In this document: one piece after another, positions 59,001 to 64,000 of the stretch
Layout: every line of letters begins with the position of its first letter
Numbering within the stretch: the first letter of the stretch is position 1
Translations under genes and position numbers: made by a program
Source: Botryllus schlosseri
Taxonomy: Eukaryota
Assembly: GCA_051294905.1 (NCBI GenBank)
Contig: CM119376.1
Span: forward strand, 14,136,001-14,200,000
DNA: 64,000 bases
Reading direction: 5' to 3'
Notes under the pieces: model-generated
The model's database searches: none
The model's input: only the letters and a program-made list of their open reading frames with translations
Told to the model about the DNA's origin: nothing

Positions 59001-61567
59001 CCATTTTCGAGCTTTTCAAGGTTTCACAATATCGGAAACAAAGCTTATTTCTGCCGCTTCTTGTCAGGTGACGTACCGCGTGGTGCAAGTAGGAGGCGAC
59101 GACAACAATCAACAAGCGACCTTGAGCATCGTGACTACGAACGGGATATTTAATCAGCTGTCGCAAGACGAAAACGGCGGGGGCGGTTCACCTCAGGTAG
59201 CTGTTGTGATTGTGTCGAGATGACGGCACCGCGAAAATGAGTTGATGCTACGCAGATTTTCAATCTTGCCGTCTAACGTGTTGGCGCTGAGTCAGTATGA
59301 TGTCATTCATGCACGTGCCCGATTCTTTATCTAGGTCGCAATCGTCGGGAATCCGTTCAATAGTGACACGGGCGGCGATAGTTCGGCAGGTAATTTGCTC
59401 GTTCTCATCTTGTTAGCGCTGTCGTAAGAATTTAGTGGCGATTAGTAATGAACTATCATACAATGTCTACAGCTGCCGCTTCCGCTGCCCAGGATCCGTC
59501 ATTGCTGTCTGGTGGTGAGTGAATGTTGTATCGTGTTATTGGTTGTGTTTTCATGGTAAAAGCTCTGTTCGCGTTTATCGATTTTGCTGGCACATGTAGT
59601 TCGGTGATACGTCGTGTATTGATCATTGGTCACTAATTCCATAATGATGCGTGCTTTTGTCGGTTGATTTGTGTTGTGATGTATTGACTTACTGTTGTGG
59701 CAAGGACCAAACAGCTGATAAGCGACATGCCTCAAATGGAAATTTTCAAACGACAACCAACACATTACCAAACATGTCATGACGTTTATTAGTTACAACA
59801 TCAACAACGCAGTCCTTGCCACAACAGTAACTAATAAACATGACATGTTTGGTAATGTGTTGGTTTTCGTTTGAAAATTTCCATTTAAGGCATGTCGCTT
59901 ATCAGCTGTTTGGTCATGTGACGCTGTATGTGAATTACAGTATTGAATGTGCTTGCATTTTGCATAAAATGTAGCTCTTTCATATTATACCTGCGATGGT
60001 TCGCGGCATTATAGGTTGAAAACTATATTCTCTATTGCAAAAGCGAAGTTGGCACGGTGTTTTATGTTGACAATACTTCATTTCTGGTTAATTCAGATTA
60101 GTAGTTGATCCATTTTTTGCGAAATAGATGACCTTCCATAGTAATAACAATTATATGTTAGTACTCAAGGTTCGTGAATAATGCCAGAGAGTAATTTTGC
60201 CACCTCTTTCCAACTTGATTAACCCCTACCTAACTTGCCCGATTTCATGTATGTGCATGTGCACCGTAGTGGAGGGTTTACATGAATATGTATGACTTTC
60301 AAATTTGATCTGCTTCTTATTGGGATCCTTAATTTTTATTCATGAAATCCCGATTACAGCAGGGCAGTTCTATGTGATGATGCATCCACAAGAAGTGCTA
60401 CAAAGCGGCACAGGGACCGGTGAACGGACGATACTCAGTAGAGCTTCATTTCAGACGTATGCAAAATGGCTGTTGGTGCATTATTTTCAATGGCATTTCA
60501 TTACATTATTTTTCATAGGCGGGACGAACCAGGCAAAACCGGACGAGACGACAATAGGCGAGTACAGCATAACGAAGGTGGGTATTGGGTACATTGCATG
60601 ATTAATGTGACTCTAATGAAAAACGCGCTCGATGGAAACCATTTTTTATCTTGTTGCCAAGCCCCTGTACGCTTACCCTTTCTCACATAAGTGCGTATAA
60701 TCCACAGGTAGTCAGAAATGAAGCTACTGGTAACTGTTTTGTAGCATTCAAGGATTTTCCTGCTTGCATTTCTCACTCAGTGGCTGTGTCTTCAGATAGA
60801 TACTTCCACTCATACTTGGTTTTTGAAGCAAAACCACATATTTCTTTGGATTTTATAAAGTAGAAAGTAGAACTGGTTCGCATCACTTTTATTGGTATTG
60901 CTGTTGGTGAGTTTATATCTCAGTTGTGAAGATGCATCCTAATTCCCAAAATAGACCACTTATAATTAACTGGTAAAATCGTGTCACACCTAGACAAAAT
61001 CCACATTTTGAAGCTATTAATTTGAGTAGTTTTCATTTTCCCCCATGTCATTTCCATTGATTACCAAGGATTGATAAGGATTAACCAATTGTTTCTACAG
61101 TTGAGCGGCGTCGCCGAGATAAGATCAACAGCTGGATTATGAAGCTGGCGAATTTGATCCCCGACTGTGCAAATGACCACACGAAGCAGGGCCAAGTATG
61201 TAAATTTTCTCAGAAGTAGCCGAATTACAGTTATGCGAGTCGGCACGCCAGATCGGTGCACGTGAATTGGATGTGCACATACCAAGTGTCCCGTTTCATG
61301 TTTTACTCCGGGCGCCGAACTCTCCCATTTATCCGGTCGAACTTATTTCAGAGCAAGGGAGGCATCCTAGCCAAGGCCTGTGACTACATCGGAGAGCTGC
61401 AATCGGCGAACTCTCACTTGTCCGATAACCTCAAAGACTACGAGTCGCTACAGTTGGATTACGAAGTCTGCAGGCAGCAGCTTGAAGACGCCAACCGTCA
61501 GATTCAGCTGCTGTCTCAAAAACTACAATCACATCAGATTGAGTCCCCGATCCAACAAACGCAGTAA
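55969..61567 (+). CDS. USF: Upstream stimulatory factor (USF1/2-like bHLH-zip), 294 aa model
   Basis: join(55969..56003,58223..58281,58474..58571,59068..59196,59335..59389,59473..59514,60360..60456,60519..60577,61101..61195,61352..61567) = 885 nt, phase-consistent. Motifs YQIR..NGQVTYRVVQV, USR GQFYVMM.PQEVLQ, bHLH RRVQHNEVERRRRDKINSWIMKL..IPDC...QSKGGILAKACDYI.EL and a leucine zipper. AATAAA at 61734-61739. First exon is inferred. Confidence 0.9.
57690..58080 (-). mobile_element. L1/Tx1-like LINE C-terminal (zinc-finger) remnant in USF intron 1
   Basis: Minus strand W..NL.....KSRNDWK......LYWG...N......GSCHYC....TPMY..FAC resembles the zf-RVT CCHC region. Confidence 0.45.
58223..58281 (+). 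CDS. USF: USF exon 2
   Basis: tttag|A...G|gtaagt. Confidence 0.65.
58474..58571 (+). CDS. USF: USF exon 3
   Basis: tatag|AT...CAG|gtaaga; FHYQIRNTSDNGQ. Confidence 0.8.
59068..59196 (+). CDS. USF: USF exon 4
   Basis: gtcag|GTG...CAG|gtagct; VTYRVVQV. Confidence 0.85.
59335..59389 (+). CDS. USF: USF exon 5
   Basis: tctag|GTC...G|gtaatt; VAIVGNPFNS. Confidence 0.8.
59473..59514 (+). CDS. USF: USF exon 6 (42 nt, symmetric phase 1)
   Basis: tacag|CT...G|gtgagt. Confidence 0.6.
59691..59915. repeat. Compound inverted repeat X-Y-loop-X'-Y' in a USF intron
   Basis: Y 59705-59796 pairs with Y' 59827-59915 (~90 bp, near perfect). X 59691-59707 pairs perfectly with X' 59812-59828. Confidence 0.9.
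60360..60456 (+). CDS. USF: USF exon 7 (USF-specific region)
   Basis: tacag|CAG|GG tandem acceptor; GQFYVMMHPQEVLQ; donor AC|gtatgc. Confidence 0.85.
60519..60577 (+). CDS. USF: USF exon 8 (basic region)
   Basis: catag|G...G|gtgggt; RDDNRRVQHNE. Confidence 0.9.
61101..61195 (+). CDS. USF: USF exon 9 (helix 1 and loop)
   Basis: tacag|TT...CAA|gtatgt; ERRRRDKINSWIMKLANLIPDC. Confidence 0.93.
61352..61567 (+). CDS. USF: USF last exon (helix 2 and leucine zipper)
   Basis: tttcag|AGC...TAA; SKGGILAKACDYIGELQSAN. Confidence 0.93.
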   Translation, partial: SKGGILAKACDYIGELQSANSHLSDNLKDYESLQLDYEVCRQQLEDANRQIQLLSQKLQSHQIESPIQQTQ

Positions 61568-63401
61568 AACTAGACTGTTGTCTTTGTGCGAAGAGACTGA
61601 AGGATCCTGTGCTAGCCGCAAACAGAGCGCGAGATGAGAGTGTTGGAGTCGGTGAGACGGGAATGGATGTGTCTGCCCCATTATTGACACACAGAACAGC
61701 AATTTAAAATGTTGGAAACATTTTTATTTTCCAAATAAACATCCTTTACGATGATTGGCTTGGTGTTAGCCAATGCTGCGAGGTAAGGTTATCGATATCT
61801 TACAATGGGGTACATCAAACTGCGCGGCGATCAGTAGTGAGAGTAGGATTTACAATTTTTTCCACGAGTAGTTTTGGTGGGTAGATAGCCCAGCTTCCTG
61901 TCATCTGCGGGGAAGATTCTTTGCCCATGTTGCAAGTGCCTTTGCTCTTTCTTCTTCATCAAAATACCAAATGGTCACTGCAAACCTGCAGTACACAATT
62001 AGAATTTAGAAATGTGGTAGTAGGCAAGGATTCTTCAGAAGCAGCTAAGGATACGTAATCTGCATCCGTTTTGCAGGATATGACATGGCCTACCGTATAT
62101 TATTAATTCTAGATTGAACTGACCGCTACAAACAGCTGTTTGTGGAAAGTTCAAATAGTTACCTTTTATGTGACCAGAACGATTATAATGCCGACTATAT
62201 AACATATGTTATTTGGTGAAATTTACCTTTTGTGACAATGTTGCGACGACCTCACATGTCTGACGTGTATAGCTTTGTAGTACATGATGTCTTGGATGCT
62301 TATACTCTTGGATACAGCTTTCCACAGTGGAATATAGTATCGGAATCATTTTTTCAATCAAATTCTTAGTTGATTTATCAACCAACTGTGGCAATCTCAC
62401 TACTGGACTCGACCATTTTACCCAGCCCTCATTGCTGAGCATGCCTAGATTTGATTATGAACCTTCGTTAGGGACTCTTTGATTTAAGTATACCTCTTCG
62501 CCACATTTACGTGCGATCTTTGTGGTGCGACTAATAAGCACAAAGATGAAGTGTATGCAAATCAGCTTGATTGGCAGTTGCGTCTAGTTCTACATCAAGG
62601 CCTTGCCCGAGGTGACGATATTTACGCAAATATATTTAATCGGGATCAGAATCTGAAATAGCGTTGCCGGCTTGGCAAATTGAAGCATGCGATGCTCATG
62701 ATTGAAAACAGTTATCTTCAAACAAAATATCTGTAACACAGAATTTAACAGAGCACTGGCCATACTATGCAATGAAGACTCCCATAATCGAATTTCAAAT
62801 TGGAACTGTTCAAGACAATCGCTGCACAGTGCAACAATGGGTACCAATAAGTGTCGGTTTTAGTTGGTAAGAATGCGCACTTGAACAGAGATCAGAAACA
62901 TGCATATGTTGGTAATATTAGAGCATTGAAAGGAACAGATCACAGTCATTCTACTATTGCCTGAAGACTATTAGTTCATTGCATATGGTCGATAAGATTT
63001 ACTAAGTGCATTCGGGACTACTTTAGACACCGCTATAGGAGGGTTTTTCTATGATAATCATGACGCAAAATATGAGAGCCACTCGTGTAGTGCAGGCCAG
63101 GGACTGGCAGCATACGACCCATGGGATTCTGATCGGAAGCAGACTATTCACTATTATGTTTTGTGGACTAAAAATGTTAGAAGCCTGAAAATTTTATATA
63201 GGTATCCTTGAACAAGTCCAAGTTTGCCCACCTCAAAAATTATTATTGTCATGAATTCACCGACTAAACTAACGTATGCATACATTTCCAAAATAAATTC
63301 ATGATTAATGTATTCAGGAATCCAGCTCGCCAAATACTTGATCTACCTATATCAGTATAGAAAAGTTTCCCAACCCTGACATAGTAGGCTATGTTAATAT
63401 C

Positions 63402-63914
63402 CAGGGTTGTAATGACTCGACTCAAGTCAGGATTTTCTGTTGACTCGAGTCATTTTCTCAAAATACGGAAATGACTCGACTCGAGTCCATCCGTGTATTG
63501 ACTCGACTTGGACTCGAGTCATTGCGCATGACTCGAGACGCAGACGGCCAAGACCGATATTTCATTGTAATTTCGAAGAATAGTAAAGTAATTAAACTAT
63601 AGGGATTTCTTCTATTGGTACTGGTACTTGAAAATACGACCAGAAACTGCTAAAAGTGAGGAAAATTAGTATATTATAAATGCGAACCATTCGATATCAC
63701 CAAACAGAGTTGTAAAAGGCGGGTTTAACAATACTTTAACAGGAAACTGAGCAGTCAACACAATGACTTTGACTCTACTCGAGTCATAATACTGTGACTC
63801 GGACTCGACCCTCTTTTCGCTGACTTGGACTCGGTGGTGATTTAAAAATGACTCGACTTGACTCGAGTCAAAACTATAAAACTGAGATTGACTTGTGACT
63901 TGGTTACAACCCTG
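63402..63914 (+). mobile_element. hAT MITE, GACTCGAGTC family (copy 3)
   Basis: Perfect 11-bp TIRs cagggttgtaa / ttacaaccctg; perfect TSD TTAATATC (63394-63401, 63915-63922). Confidence 0.92.
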
Positions 63915-64000
63915 TTAATATCACAAATAAAGCTCTCACCGCTCTGCAAATGCAGGAAGTACTTCGTGTGGATTTCTGCTGTCGGAATAAAACAATAAAA

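Overview
Eukaryotic, AT-rich animal genomic DNA, probably an invertebrate chordate or other deuterostome (organism not determined). Four protein-coding genes lie on the + strand. (1) The 3' part of a PALS1/MPP5 (stardust-like) MAGUK, 7 exons encoding PDZ-SH3-HOOK-GuK, 3136-16208. (2) An intronless fukutin-like (LicD/NTase-fold) ORF, 19563-20966, whose predicted metal-binding residues are altered. (3) A ~26-exon PHLDB/LL5-family gene with coiled coils and a C-terminal PH domain, ~27486-52816. (4) A 10-exon USF bHLH-zip gene, 55969-61567. All exon chains were assembled by hand from GT-AG sites and reading-frame phase. Introns and intergenic DNA are packed with non-autonomous DNA transposons, mostly hAT-type with readable 8-bp target-site duplications (TSDs). 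They also hold a Sola-like transposase fossil, a tRNA-derived SINE and LINE remnants. Highlights: a four-level nested transposon stack in a PALS1 intron that contains a 727-bp near-perfect palindrome; a hAT BED finger split by a MITE; a circularly permuted inverted duplication in a USF intron; a possible shared first exon placing the fukutin-like ORF inside a PHLDB intron; and PHLDB-USF adjacency that matches a vertebrate paralogon. No CRISPR array, rRNA or intact tRNA was found. No database searches were run; family assignments come from recalled motifs.
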